This document shows positions 27,455 through 39,635 of a DNA stretch of 64,000 bases, one piece after another. The notes beneath the pieces were generated by a model. It had not been told where the DNA came from. It ran no database searches and worked only from the letters and a program-made list of their open reading frames with translations. The stretch is from Eledone cirrhosa (taxonomy: Eukaryota): the NCBI GenBank assembly GCA_964016885.1, contig OZ024743.1, positions 46,376,001-46,440,000 of the forward strand. The letters run 5' to 3'. A program made the position numbers and the translations under genes. Numbering within the stretch: position 1 is the first letter of the stretch; every line of letters starts with the position of its first letter.

Positions 27455-27560
27455 CTTTTCTTAGTATAGTCTCTCTTTGCAGTGTTAAAATAATTAAATA
27501 GTGAAGAAATATCTGAAGTTGTAGAAGAATATGATCCCACCACCACCGCTCATTCTCTCT
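27455..27560 (-). other. Candidate non-coding 5' exon of the SLC7 gene
   Basis: Strong AAG|GTAAGA donor in non-repetitive sequence. The ATG exon starts at an acceptor, so an upstream exon must exist. The upstream boundary is a guess. Confidence 0.3.
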
Positions 27561-28689
27561 TACACACTCTCTTTGTCGTTCACTACCCTCTCTATCTATC
27601 TATCCCTCTCTTTCTCTCTCTCACTATCTTTCTTAATCTTGCATTTCTTTTTCTTTTTAAACAAACCATAATGGTTTATTCATTAATAAATTATTCATTC
27701 ATACATGTCTAAACATTTCGAATGACTCCACTTCACCAAATCAATTTTGATTGTTGAATATTCTCTTATCCAAAAATAATTTATCAATGAAAATGAAGTA
27801 GTGTAAGCAAGACGTTGTGAGTAGGAGAACGCCGAGATGCACATGGAAACCACAGGTGCGTGTTTCTGGTGAAAGCTGGTCGATGGTGCAGATATCGGTA
27901 GTAACCGCGAATATCCGAACAACCAGACTCATAAGTAATGAAACTATTTTCAATTCCAAGATATCCAGTCTGTAGATTCAACATAAAACGTTTTAAGGTT
28001 GATTCGCAGAATTGTTAGGGCGCCGTACAGTATATAATTGTGACGTTTTTCATCTTTTGTTCAAATCCAGCGTATGTCATTTTTTTCCTTTCGTTGTCCT
28101 CAAGCCGATAAACTAAAATATTAGTCAAACACTTGGTTGATATTCCTATACTGCATCCTAGATGTGAATGAACATATAATGGAGGAAAGAATGTGATTTT
28201 TTTCATCGCCAAAGCCATCATCATGTCCTCAACTTCTGTTTTACCGTGGTGGTTTGTCTTAGAGAAACAAAACAATATCTCCAGCCATCCCTATCCAGTC
28301 ACTACATTATCACTACACCTCAAGCTAATGTAGTAGACACTATACTAACGTATGGCTTATGACTATACCTTTACAATTACTTCAAGTAGTGACACAAATA
28401 CATGGAAATATTGTGTAAAACCCAGTTACCTTATAATAAATATCACCAACATTCATTCACTGATTTATTTATTTTAGTATCTTTCATTTATTTATTTTAG
28501 TATCTTTCAGTATCTTTAGTATCTATTTATTTATTTTAGTATCTTTCACATATCCTGGTGGGTTTCCACACACACACTCTCTCTCTCTCTCTCTCGTTAT
28601 AGATAAGATTATTTACTAAGGATTAACAACAAAAATAGTTATAGTCCACTACTTCTAGTTTAGTAGCCAGCAGTAATAAAAATATTTAT

Positions 28690-29780
28690 CCAACTGTGAA
28701 AAAAAAATATGTACTCAAACAAATATTCACTCTTGCCAAGAGGTATATTCTTGTTTTGTCGACCTTGAAAAGGCATATGACCACGTTCCTCAGGACCTGC
28801 TGTGGAAGGTTCTGCAGGAGTATGGGATCGATGGTCAGCTTCTTGCTGTCGTGATGTCTCTATACGAATGCCCAAGTATTTATGTCCAGATAAATGGTGC
28901 TAAATCGAAACCATTCAATGTGGGAATCGGACTCCGCCAAGGGTGCATACTGTCACCCCTCCTGTTCATTATTTACATGAACAGGATTGTCATGCACAGC
29001 CGGGTTGGAAGTGGTATTATGACAGGCAGGTGTAAAATCAGTTGGCTGGAATTTGCAAACGACATGGTGTTACTTAACTTGATAGGTGATCTCCAACTTA
29101 CACTTGATAGGTTTAATGCTGAGTGCTACATGGCTGGAATGAAAATCAGTGATGTGAAAACTGAGACACTCATCCTCTCAAAGAAGCCTGTGCAGTTCAC
29201 TCTACATGTGAAGGGAGTTCCACTGAAGCAGGTGGAGTAGTACAAGTATCTCGGGACCGTGTTCACAAGTGATGGAAGGCAAGAGGCTGAATTAAGTGCA
29301 AGAATTGCAGGAGCTCATGCAGTAATAAATCAGCTTCAGCATTTGGTAATCAGAAAAAGGGAGGTAGGTTTAAAAGCCAAACTCGCTATCTTCCATTCAG
29401 TACACCTGCCAACTCTTACCTATGGTCATGAATCTTGAATAATGGCCAAAAAAATATGATTGTGAATACAAGCAGCCGGAATGGGGTTCCTCTGAAGAGT
29501 CTTTGGGGTAACGTTACTCAATACAGTGCATAGCTCAGAGATCAGAGAGTCACCCCAGGTAGAGCCACTACTTCTCCAAATTGAGATATCCCAGCTCTGA
29601 TATTATGGGCATGTGGTTAGAATGTCTCAGGAAAGAATCACTGGACAGATTTTACGGGTAAAACCAACTGGCACAAGACCCTGAGCAAGATGGTTGGATA
29701 ATATTGGGCATCCAGCCAGATCAGTTGGAGACTGTTGCTGACAGGACCCTCCCAGGAATAAGTGGGCAAAGAAGAAGACT
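28690..29780 (+). mobile_element. Degenerate RTE-clade LINE, second subfamily
   Basis: FVDLEKAYD, GLRQGCILSPLLFIIYM, LTYGHES; related copy at 47600-48100. Confidence 0.85.
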
Positions 29781-29859
29781 TGAACAAATAAACAAGCCTA
29801 GTCAATCAATCAATGCATATATATATAGCAAAGGCTGACCATAGGTAGTATCCTGTTGT

Positions 29860-30150
29860 TAGCTCAGCTGGAGCAGCGTCTCCAGTGGTTAAACAGTCCT
29901 ATACGTGAGTGATAGTCTCTGTCACATTGAACACATCTGTATATGGTCACTGGTCTGTTGGATTTATTGCCCTCCTTTCGCCGAGCTCTTCTGTTCGCTG
30001 CTGCAATCATCAAACTCTCCTCCCCTGATTTGAGGTGTTGATTCAGGGTGTTTCTCCATCTTGGTCGGTCAGCTGCGAGGCCCTCCGAGGACTCTATGTT
30101 GATCTTAATGGCCTTCATATCTCTCTTCACAATATCCTTGTATATGGCCC
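29860..30150 (-). mobile_element. RTE/BovB-like C-terminal fragment with C2H2-like finger
   Basis: KRDMKAIKIN...AADRPRWR...CVQCDRDYHSRIGLFNHWRRC. Confidence 0.75.
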
Positions 30151-31429
30151 TAAAGCTATAACTTATTTAGCTTATAGGGAAGTCTAAAACTGACTCCCAA
30201 CTGGGAGAAGGAGATACACAAATTGGCCTAGGGCACTAAATATCTAGGTTCATGCTTTGATTGTATAGCTATGTGGTTAAGTGTGATTCTAGGTTTAATC
30301 ACACCTTGCAGAAGATTAAACAAGTGTTGGTTTGTTTGTTTTTAAATCATAGTTTTAGTTTAACCAAAGCTTTGTTTGTAAAAACATTAGTAAACAAAAA
30401 GTGTATGGAAGCCCATCATATATATTTCATATATAAATGTGGTTGGCGTTAGGAAGGGCATCCAGCTGTAGAAATCCCACCAGAAACAGTCCTATATGAG
30501 CAAGACATGGTCACCCGACCCAACTTGCTTCTAATAAGACAAATCCGTCTAACCCATGCTTGCGTGGAAAATAGACATTAAGAGATGATGATGATGGTGA
30601 TGATATAATGACATTGTTACTATCATTAAAATCATTTGTTAAATTTCCCTAAGAAAGTGAACATGAATTTGGGTCATATGTCAAGTGATAAGTTATGCAA
30701 CTCAGTATAATTCATATGAAAGACATGAGAGCAGATATAACCACTAAAACATGTAGGAAATAAAATTATATAAATCCACCCGTTTTTTTTATGGCCAATA
30801 AATGAAACCGTTTTACGGGGTCGATAAAATAAAGCCCTAGTAATGCATTGGGGGTAATTGTTGACCTTGTGCCAAAAGTGGAAACATTATTATCATTATT
30901 GACTCCTGACATAGAAACCACGCTTGACATCAGCTCCAGTAAATATTTTCTTTATTTTCGTTATTTTAATTGTCTCTAATCTTTAGTTCAAGTTTGTAAA
31001 ACGTTTGGAGCGACTGACCCACTTCTCACAGGTTTCTTTAATTTGTCTTTTAAAAAAATTCACAAATTGTAAACACAAGTTCAGAAACAGAGTGTGGAGA
31101 ATGCAGAGACATACACATAAATATATGTGTTCGATTAAAGGGATATAGAACCACTCAGGTGCTGAACATATTAACTACAGATGGAATGGTGAATAAAAAT
31201 TAATTAAAAGAATAAATCAAAGTGTACAAACCAGCCTTTATAACTATAAACATCCAGACACGTCCAAAGTAGAATCATGTTTCGCTATACTGTGAAGAAT
31301 TCATATTACAAGTGTAGCTCTTCAGAGGATGCCCTTGCCAATATGAACTTCATGTCTAGTGAGATAATAGATAACTAAAACCAATGAACATGGTGTAAAA
31401 AGGAGAGACACGCATGTTGGTTAGCACAA

Positions 31430-31830
31430 GATAATAATAATGATAATAATGAAATTATTGTGTACGGTGCTCAGGTGCACTACAACTCATCAAAGGTGCA
31501 TGTATGGTACATAGAATAATGTACAAATGTCAAGAAAATGAACAGTATATGAGTCATGATATATATGTGTGCATGTGTATCGAGGGGGATATCAGGTATA
31601 GTGTTGGTGAATCTCAGGAAGCATGGAAGTTTTGAAGGATGCAGTGTCTCGACAGCTAACAACTGATGCAGGTAGTTTGTTCCATGCTTCAGCAACTCTG
31701 AGCGTGAAAAAATGTTTTCAAAAGTCATGGGAGCTGTGCTATTTTCTGACTTTGTTGGCATGCCCACGTATGTTAGACACATGGAAATCAAAAAGGTGCT
31801 CAGGGTTGTTGTTGGCAAGATGGTTAATAA
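31430..31830 (-). mobile_element. CR1/L2-type LINE 3' end
   Basis: FFTLRVAEAWNKLPASVVSCRDTASFKTSM in a minus frame; (ATT)n tail near 31430. Confidence 0.75.
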
Positions 31831-33029
31831 TTTTGTGTGTTTACCAAGTGAGTTACAAAAGGGCCATGTGAGTGTTCACTTGTAGCCCTTAATAGTGACT
31901 TTGACTGAGTTCTCTGACATTTGAAGGAGAGTGTTATAGTTGCTTCCACTGGTAGCCTTTAGAATGAATGAGAATGTGTTCGCGGTCCGTTTAACAGCCA
32001 TACATTGACGCGCCGAGTGCGAAGCGGAAGGTCCATCTCTGAAGGTAGTCACCTGAAGTCGAGGGAAAACGTAATTCAGGTAATAGGCCGTATGAATGGC
32101 AACCAGATTGCCTTAAGAAATGTTTATAACGAACCTACCTCGACCTTGTGTAAATGCAAGAAGACTCTCCCAGCTGCCAACTCTAGAGCACCCAACGAAC
32201 AACGATCCGCTTAACGACCTTACATTGCTGCACCAATTGTCAATGGGAATGTTCGTAGCTGAAGGGTTCACCTTAAACTATATATAGAGAGAGATTTTCT
32301 ACAATACTAAGCGGTAAAATAGTAACTTTTGTTCTCGTAAAGGCACGTAAGTAAGCAACACTGTGAAAACTGAAGGTATTATAGCGATGTTTTTCTTTAC
32401 TGGCTTTAATTTTTAGTATTGTATGAAATATATAACCTGCAAACCTGATTTTTGAATCGCAGCAGGATCGACTTTGGTTCACTCGCTCCACTAAAAGTTG
32501 GATTTTCTTTGCTCATGGTATGAAGAAGAGACTGACTAATACATAGTTACCGGCTTTCATTTTTAGTGTTGTGTGAAATATATAACCGTCTTAGCTAAGC
32601 TTAGTATTGCTACAACCACGGCTGGCAAAGAAGTAAGGGTCTGGTGGTACGTAAGTAAGCAACACTGTGGCCTAAAACGTGAGGAAGAAGTTGTGTGCAC
32701 TTACCAACTGTTTGGGGAATGAGTGTGAGATTGGTCTTGAGCAAGGGTGGCGAAATAACCGGAGGCAACAGACAGCCAGACATACAGACAGATATTATAA
32801 GGGCACGTTCTGGACGCAGATGGAATTGTGGGAAGTGACATAATGCAGACAGCCAGACATACAGACAGATATTATAAGGGCGCGACGTTATATGTATGTA
32901 TCTATCTAAAAAGAGAAAGACTAAGAATTATAGAGAGAGATCGCTAAATCGTCTAATGCGGTCCCTAGGGCATTGAAGATTTGAAATTTGTTTGGCTCAG
33001 AACACTCCCTGAAACATAAGTATTACATG

Positions 33030-36000
33030 TGTAGCGACGCTGGTTGGTCAGTCTAGTCACTACTTCTGATCAGATCCGAGAATAGTCCTTAGAAGGACTG
33101 TTATCGCATACGGTCTGATCAGATATGAAGATAGCCCTTAAAAGGACTGTTGTCGCATATAGCCCTTAAAAGAACTGTTGAGGATGGACAGACGAAAGCA
33201 CAAGTTGAAAGGACGAAGCAAGGCGAGATGTAAATTCGATCAGCTATTTATTTTCACATGAAGCGACGATACGGGGTACAAGGCAATGCGTGTGTGAGTG
33301 ACAAAGCGTGGCAGAGTAAAGGAACAACGATGCGCTAGCTGACTGCCAAAAGTCGACTAGCGAAAGTGTTAGGGACCACTCTATTTATACAGGAACAATC
33401 CTTTGTTGTTTAGTCGATGTGTAGGCGTTTATTCTGGTAGGTTCTAATTCTAGTAGGTTCTAATTCTGGTAGGTTCTAAGGGTTCTTTTGTTTCACGTTG
33501 AGTAGCTAGCTAACAGGTAGATGGCGCTGTATATTTCACAGCTGTTATTTCCGGTGGCTGTACATTAGCCCCCTGCCAGTTCTTTTGTACAACAAAAGAG
33601 CGAAATATCGTATAGGAATGAGCCAGTGGTGCATTTGTCATGACAATAGCCCCAGGATTGTCCAGCACGTTGTGAAATTTTGTGATCATCGAGTACAGGA
33701 CAGAGTCGATGTAGAGATGATATGGCAAGATGTGTGTGTCAGGAAGAGAAAAAAGAAATAAACTATAAAATGACTTTGACCAGATTTATGCAGGCGTGAT
33801 GAATGAGCCTGTTGCAATTTCGGTTGAGCTGCCTCTGAATTGCGTGACAAAAAGTCTAACTGGGCAGTGAAGATAACCGTAATGTGTGAACTGAATGGCC
33901 GTAAGCATGCTGCCTAAAGGTAACAGCTTGCTCCACAGCATATGACTTGAGCGAATGCATGTGGTAAAAAAATAACGAGGTATTCTCGAGCTATTGAGTG
34001 AATGTGTACGTGAAAATAGAAGGCCAGTGTTTTGAGGTTGTGATTTGTGAAATGCGTGATCAAAGAGAAAACATTTTGTAGTGTAAAAGTTAGAGGGACA
34101 CAAATATCTATTGCTCAGTGTATGAACCAAAAGGTGAAACAAATGTGGTTTTGTAGTGTGCATGAAAAACAGAATATGTACACGCCTTGTATGTATATAA
34201 AAATTATGGCAATTACACAATCAATGTTAGAGAACAAGAAAAATACAAATTTTGCAAAACAAGAGAGAGAAGAAAAAAAAATGTTATACACAATGATATA
34301 CACAATGTAAATAATGTTCATAATAAATAATGTTCTTCGTGACATGAGCACATGGTCACTAAAAATTGCAATTGTTCAAGCAGAAAGTTCATTGTATTTG
34401 AAACTGGAAATAGTAAACACAAGAAAAATGGAAATGTTTTGCACGAAGAATGATTAAGAAACTCACTTGAGGTTAACGGTAATTCACATATTGTGCCAAC
34501 TTATGTGAATTACCGTTAATGGACGCGTCGTCCGCTTCTCGTGACTGGAGATGAAACAGGTGGTTCGCTGGGACAGCAATCTGTTGGAGTTTCTGGTGTA
34601 GAGACTGTAACAGTATCCATGATGGCTTTTTTTAATCTGTCCACGCTGACAGAATTCTGTTTACCATCTAGATCGAGAATAAAATATTTCGGATATTTTT
34701 TTAGAACACGATAAGGGCCAGAATATGGAGGTCGAAGATGAGCTGAGATGGTGTCGTTTCGAACGAAAACGTGTGTCCAATCATCAATGTCTGAAGGTAC
34801 GTGTGTGGCCGTGTTCTGTTGACGGGTGCTTGCAGGAGCAAGGTGAGACATATATTGTCGAAGACGGTGTACGTATGATCCTGGGTCTGGAACATCTTGA
34901 GGAGAGATGGGAGCAACCATCTGACCAGGTAGAACCAGGGTGGTGCCGTACACTAATTCTGCAGGTGTGTGTCCGAATTCCTCCTTAACGGTGGATCGAA
35001 TGCCCAGAAGGATGAGTGGTAGGTATTCAAACCAGTGGGTCTTGTCTGGATATGCTTTTATTGCAGCTTTCAATTGGCGATGGAATCTTTCCACGAGACC
35101 ATTAGCTTGCGGGTGATAAGCTGTCGTGCGGATGTGTTTACATCCTAACAGGCGAGTCAGTTCTCTGAAGAGGTGAGAGTCAAATTGGCGTCCTCTGTCC
35201 GTTGTTATCTTCGCTGGGGCGCCATAACGTGATACCCAGTGTAAAACCAAAGTTTTAGCGACTGTTTCTGCTGAGGTATCATTTATGGGAAAAGCCTCAG
35301 GCCAACGAGAAAATCGATCGATGCAGGTGAGCAAGTGTGTGTAGTTCTGTGATGGTGGTAGAAGTCCGACGATGTCGATATGCACATGATGAAAACGTGC
35401 ATCAGGTTGCGCGAATGTGCCGAGTGGAGTTTTGATGTGTCTGTGGACTTTGGCTTTCTAGCAGGCAATGCAGCTCCTGGACCAGTCGCGCACGTCCTTG
35501 TTAATGTTAGTCCACACAAAACGAGCAGAGATGAGTTTCTGTGTAGCCCGGATTCCCGGGTGAGACAAGCAGTGTAAAGCAGAAAAAACTTGTCGACGAT
35601 GCATCTGTGGTACGTACGGTCGTTCATGACCGGTAGAAAGGTCGCACCAAATTTGTCCCGGAGAAGAAGGAATGGGAACTTGCTGAAACTTGAGAGATGG
35701 CGAATCTCGGAGTTTCATAAACTCTTCGTCAGTCTCTTGGTCAGCTGCGATTTGTTGAAGGTCGATGCCTGAATGCACATGTATTGCGTTCAGCTGGATT
35801 CGGGACAGGGCGTCGGCTGCTACGTTGTCTGATCCCTTGATATGCCGAATATCAGTTGAATATTGGGAGACAAAATCCAGGTGTCGGAGTTCTCTCGGTG
35901 AATGTCGATCAGGTTTGGTACGGAACGCATAAACTAGTGGTTTATGGTCCGTGTAGATCACGAAATCTGATCCTTCGAGCATGTGCCGAAAATGCTTAAC

Positions 36001-37274
36001 CGAAAGATAGGTTGCCAAGAGTTCGCGGCCAAAGGTACTGTATTTCGTTTCTGCCGGTTGCAACCGCTTAGAAAAGAAGGATAAGGGTTGCCACACGCCG
36101 TCGACATGTTGTTGTAGAACGCCTCCAACCCCCGTGTCTGATGCGTCTACTAGCAGCGAAAGAGGAGCGCCAGACCTGGGAAAAACGAGCATGGAAGCGT
36201 TTGCCAACATTTCCTTCAGGCGGTTAAAAGATGTTAATTCTTCCCCGTTTAGAGTGATCTTTTCGTTTTTGCGAGTCTGGTTACGAAGAAGGTCCGTGAG
36301 GAGTCTGGCTGCGTCGGAACAATGAGGGATAAACCGCCTATAAAAATTCATCAGACCGAGGAATTCACGCAGTTTCCGAAGTGATGTAGGTGCAGGAAAA
36401 CTGCGGATAGCTTCTACTTTCTCGGGAAGTGGACGAATGCCGTCTTTGTCGATGATGTGCCCGAGAAAGGACAGTGAAGGAACGCCGAGAAGGCACTTGC
36501 TGGGGTTGATGATGATACCGTACTCAGCCAAACGTCGGAAAAGGAGATCTAAGTGCTTCTCGTGTTCATTCTCGGAAGCACTTGCTACCAGTACGTCGTC
36601 AATATACGAGTATACGAAGGGTAGATCGCGTAACACGGTGTCAATAAACCGCTGAAAAGTTTGTGCAGCGTTGCGCAGACCGAACGGCATTCGCAGGAAT
36701 TCGAATAAACCGAACGGTGTTGTGATTGCGGTCTTCGGAATGTCTGCAGGCTCCATAGGTATCTGGTTATATGCACGCACCAGATCTACCTTGGAAAAGA
36801 TACGTGCGCCTTGCAGAGAGGCAGAAAAATCGTGCAGGTGAGGTACAGGGTAATTATCGGGCACTGTAGAATTGTTAAGTGCACGATAATCCCCACATGG
36901 TCGCCAATCATTCTCGTTTTTTTTTGGAACAAGGTGTAGGGGTGCAGACCAGTTGCTGGGGGAAGGGCGAATGATTCCGAGGTCCAGCATGTGTTGGAAC
37001 TCCTGCTTGGCGATTCTCAATCGGTCTGGAGGCAGTCTCCTTGGTCGGGCAGCTGTGGGTGGTCTCTTTGTCTCGATGTGGTGCGTGACACTATGCTTAA
37101 TGGGACCATCCTTAAATACCGGGCGAGTGTGTAGGCGTTTATTCTGGTAGGTTCTAATTCTAGTAGGTTCTAATTCTGGTAGGTTCTAAGGGTTCTTTTG
37201 TTTCACGTTGAGTAGCTAGCTAACAGGTAGATGGCGCTGTATATTTCACAGCTGTTATTTCCGGTGACTGTACA
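33030..37274 (-). mobile_element. Ty3/Gypsy LTR retrotransposon, internally deleted (no gag/protease)
   Basis: 3' LTR 33030-33564 (TGT...ACA); PPT GGCAGGGGG; truncated 5' LTR 37128-37274; CATG TSD at 33026-33029 and 37275-37278; RT-RH-IN order. Confidence 0.95.
34516..37127 (-). pseudogene. pol: Gypsy pol (RT, RNase H, integrase) with one nonsense codon
   Basis: [52 protein letters not shown] at 35458-35460 is in frame with the integrase ORF. Confidence 0.93.
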
Positions 37275-37428
37275 CATGTGTAAAGTTTGAAAATAGTCGG
37301 TTGCGACCTTCTCGAGTTTTAGGGATTCAAACACACACACACACACAGACAGACATCCTCAGTTTTATATATATAGATATATAGATATATATGAAATAAA
37401 CGTGCTGCGGGGTTGCTAATGGGTTACA

Positions 37429-37861
37429 TATGAATAAAGTTAGTCCTTCATCAGTGATCTTCCAACCATCATTGGTATTTCATCGCTTTAAAGACCATAT
37501 ACCTCCGGTTGGTGCAAGCAACGGCTAAAAAAAGTCGTTGGGACACGTAAATAAAGGGCACACGAGTGTAAACAAACAAAAATGGTGAAGCAACGAAAAG
37601 TGAGGAAGAAGGAGTCAAGTCCCAAATTTCTATGAATTTCACCGAATTTAAATTCATAGAAATTTGGGACTTGACTCCTTCTTCCTCACTTTTCGTTGCT
37701 TCACCATTTTTGTTTGTTTACACTCGTGTGCCCTTTATTTACGTGTCCCAACGACTTTTTTTAGCCGTTGCTCGCACCAACCGGAGGTATATGGTCTTTA
37801 AAGCGATGAAATACCAATGATGGTTGGAAGATCACTGATGAAGGACTAACTTTATTCATAT
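37429..37861. repeat. Near-perfect palindrome, ~210-bp arms, 10-nt spacer
   Basis: The arms give near-identical 62-aa ORFs on opposite strands (one substitution seen). Confidence 0.95.
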
Positions 37862-38249
37862 ATATATATACATACATATACATGAATATATCATCATCAT
37901 CACCATTTGACATCCATTTTTCTACACTAGCATGGGTTCGACAAGATATCCGATTGTAGGGCCAGCCTTACCACACACAGTCATGCCGAATTTCCCTAAG
38001 ACCTGTGTTAAGGATACACATGTCTGTGGCATGTTCAGTCAATGACATCAGATCAAGATCTTTGGCACTATGCAATAATACAGAAGATCCACCTTCCTTT
38101 GTGCATGGGTTGAAGCATACATCTAGTATGCTCCACTTTCTCCTATCCTCCCCTCTCCCTTCCATACACCTCCCACGCCTAACACTCCACCCACATCTTA
38201 ACAACCCCTACTTCACCCACATCCTTACAAACCATCCCTGCCCCAACCC

Positions 38250-38890
38250 CTAGTCCACGCTGTAATGTGGTCGTTTTGATGCCACAACAAAAAGCATCCA
38301 GTCCACACCATAAAGTGATCATGTTGGTGACACAACAAAAAGCATCCAGTCCAGACTGTAAAGAGGTTATGTTGGTGACATGACAAAAAGCATCCAGTCC
38401 AGACTGTAAAGAGGTTGTGTTGGTGACATGACAAAAAGCATCCAGTCCAGACTGTAAAGAGGTTGTGTTGGTGACAGAACAAAAAGCATCCAGTCCAAAC
38501 TGTAAAGAGGCTGTATTCATGACACAACAAAAAACATCCAGCCCACACTGTAAAGAGGTTGTGTTGGTGACATGCAAAAAGCATCCAACCCACACTGTTA
38601 AGAGGTTGTATTGGTGACACAACAAAAAGCATCCAACCCACACTGTTAAGAGGTTGTATTGGTGACACAACAAAAAGCATCCAGCCCACACTGTAAAGAG
38701 GTTGTGTTGGTGACATGACAAAAAGCACCCAACCCACACTGTAAAGAGGTTGTGTTGGTGACATGACAAAAAGCATCCAGTCCAGACTGTAAAGAGGTTG
38801 TGTTGGTGACACAACAAAAAGCATCCAGTCCAGACTGTGAAGAGGTTGTATTGGTGACACAACAAAAAGCATCCAGTCCACACTGTAAAG
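38250..38890 (+). repeat. 48-bp minisatellite, ~13 copies
   Basis: Unit aaaaagcatccagtccagactgtaaagaggttgtgttggtgacatgac; explains the 16-aa repeat ORFs. Confidence 0.93.
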
Positions 38891-39635
38891 TTATCTATTA
38901 AAAATAACTAGCCATCATTAAAAATAGGCTGTCCTGTTGTCCCAACTCACTCAGTCATCTGCCTCTTCTCGAGACAACAGTTTCCCTGCTATTGTGCTTG
39001 TACAACACAACCTCACCAATAGAGTTTACTATTACTTCTGGTACATACTGTCTGACTACAACTTGTCACTTTTAAAGAGAACAGTGCATGGTAAACAAAG
39101 AGACTCCTTGTTGAAACACTATATTCATTTGTGACTATTGCAATCAAACTTTTTATTTACCATTCAAAGTAATCACATTTTTTCCCTTTTTGGTAAAGTT
39201 ATAAATTCAACCAGAATTATTCCTTTCAAGCAGGGAAAAGCGGACGTAAAATGATGATGATGATATATATATATATATATCCTAAACGGACGGCAATCGT
39301 CTGTTTACGACAGTACAGCGCGGCTCTACTTTATTTAACTGAGATAAAACTTATATGAACATGAACAGTAGATCATTACGCATCTTTTGGCTTAAAAATC
39401 TAGAAATTTGGTCCAGCGGGAAAAAGTTTATAATCAAAGTTTGCTGATAAATCTTGTGTGAATATTATTGTAAAATTTTTTATTTCTTGTCCAATTCTTT
39501 AAAGTTTTATCTTAGTTTCTTGTCCTATTCTTTTAAAGTTTTATTTTAGTTTCTTGTCCTGTATTTTTAAAGGTTTATATTCCAACAATATTACTTTTTT
39601 TTGCTGTACGCATTTTTCTATCTGGTATGTATATA

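Larger units (their letters stand above)
32940..37385 (-). mobile_element. Helitron-like non-autonomous 5' portion (37385-37275 joined to 33029-32940), host of the Gypsy insertion
   Basis: Minus strand begins TCTATATATATAAAA...(GTCT)n(GT)n...TTCAAACTTTACACATG and resumes across the TSD. No 3' CTRR end identified. Confidence 0.45.

Noticed and set aside
27695-28275. Short minus-strand ORFs as a host gene
   Set aside because: No recognisable motif or consistent splice structure.
38179-38883. Cys/Trp-rich 16-aa repeat proteins
   Set aside because: Two frames are open by chance in a minisatellite derived from a LINE UTR.
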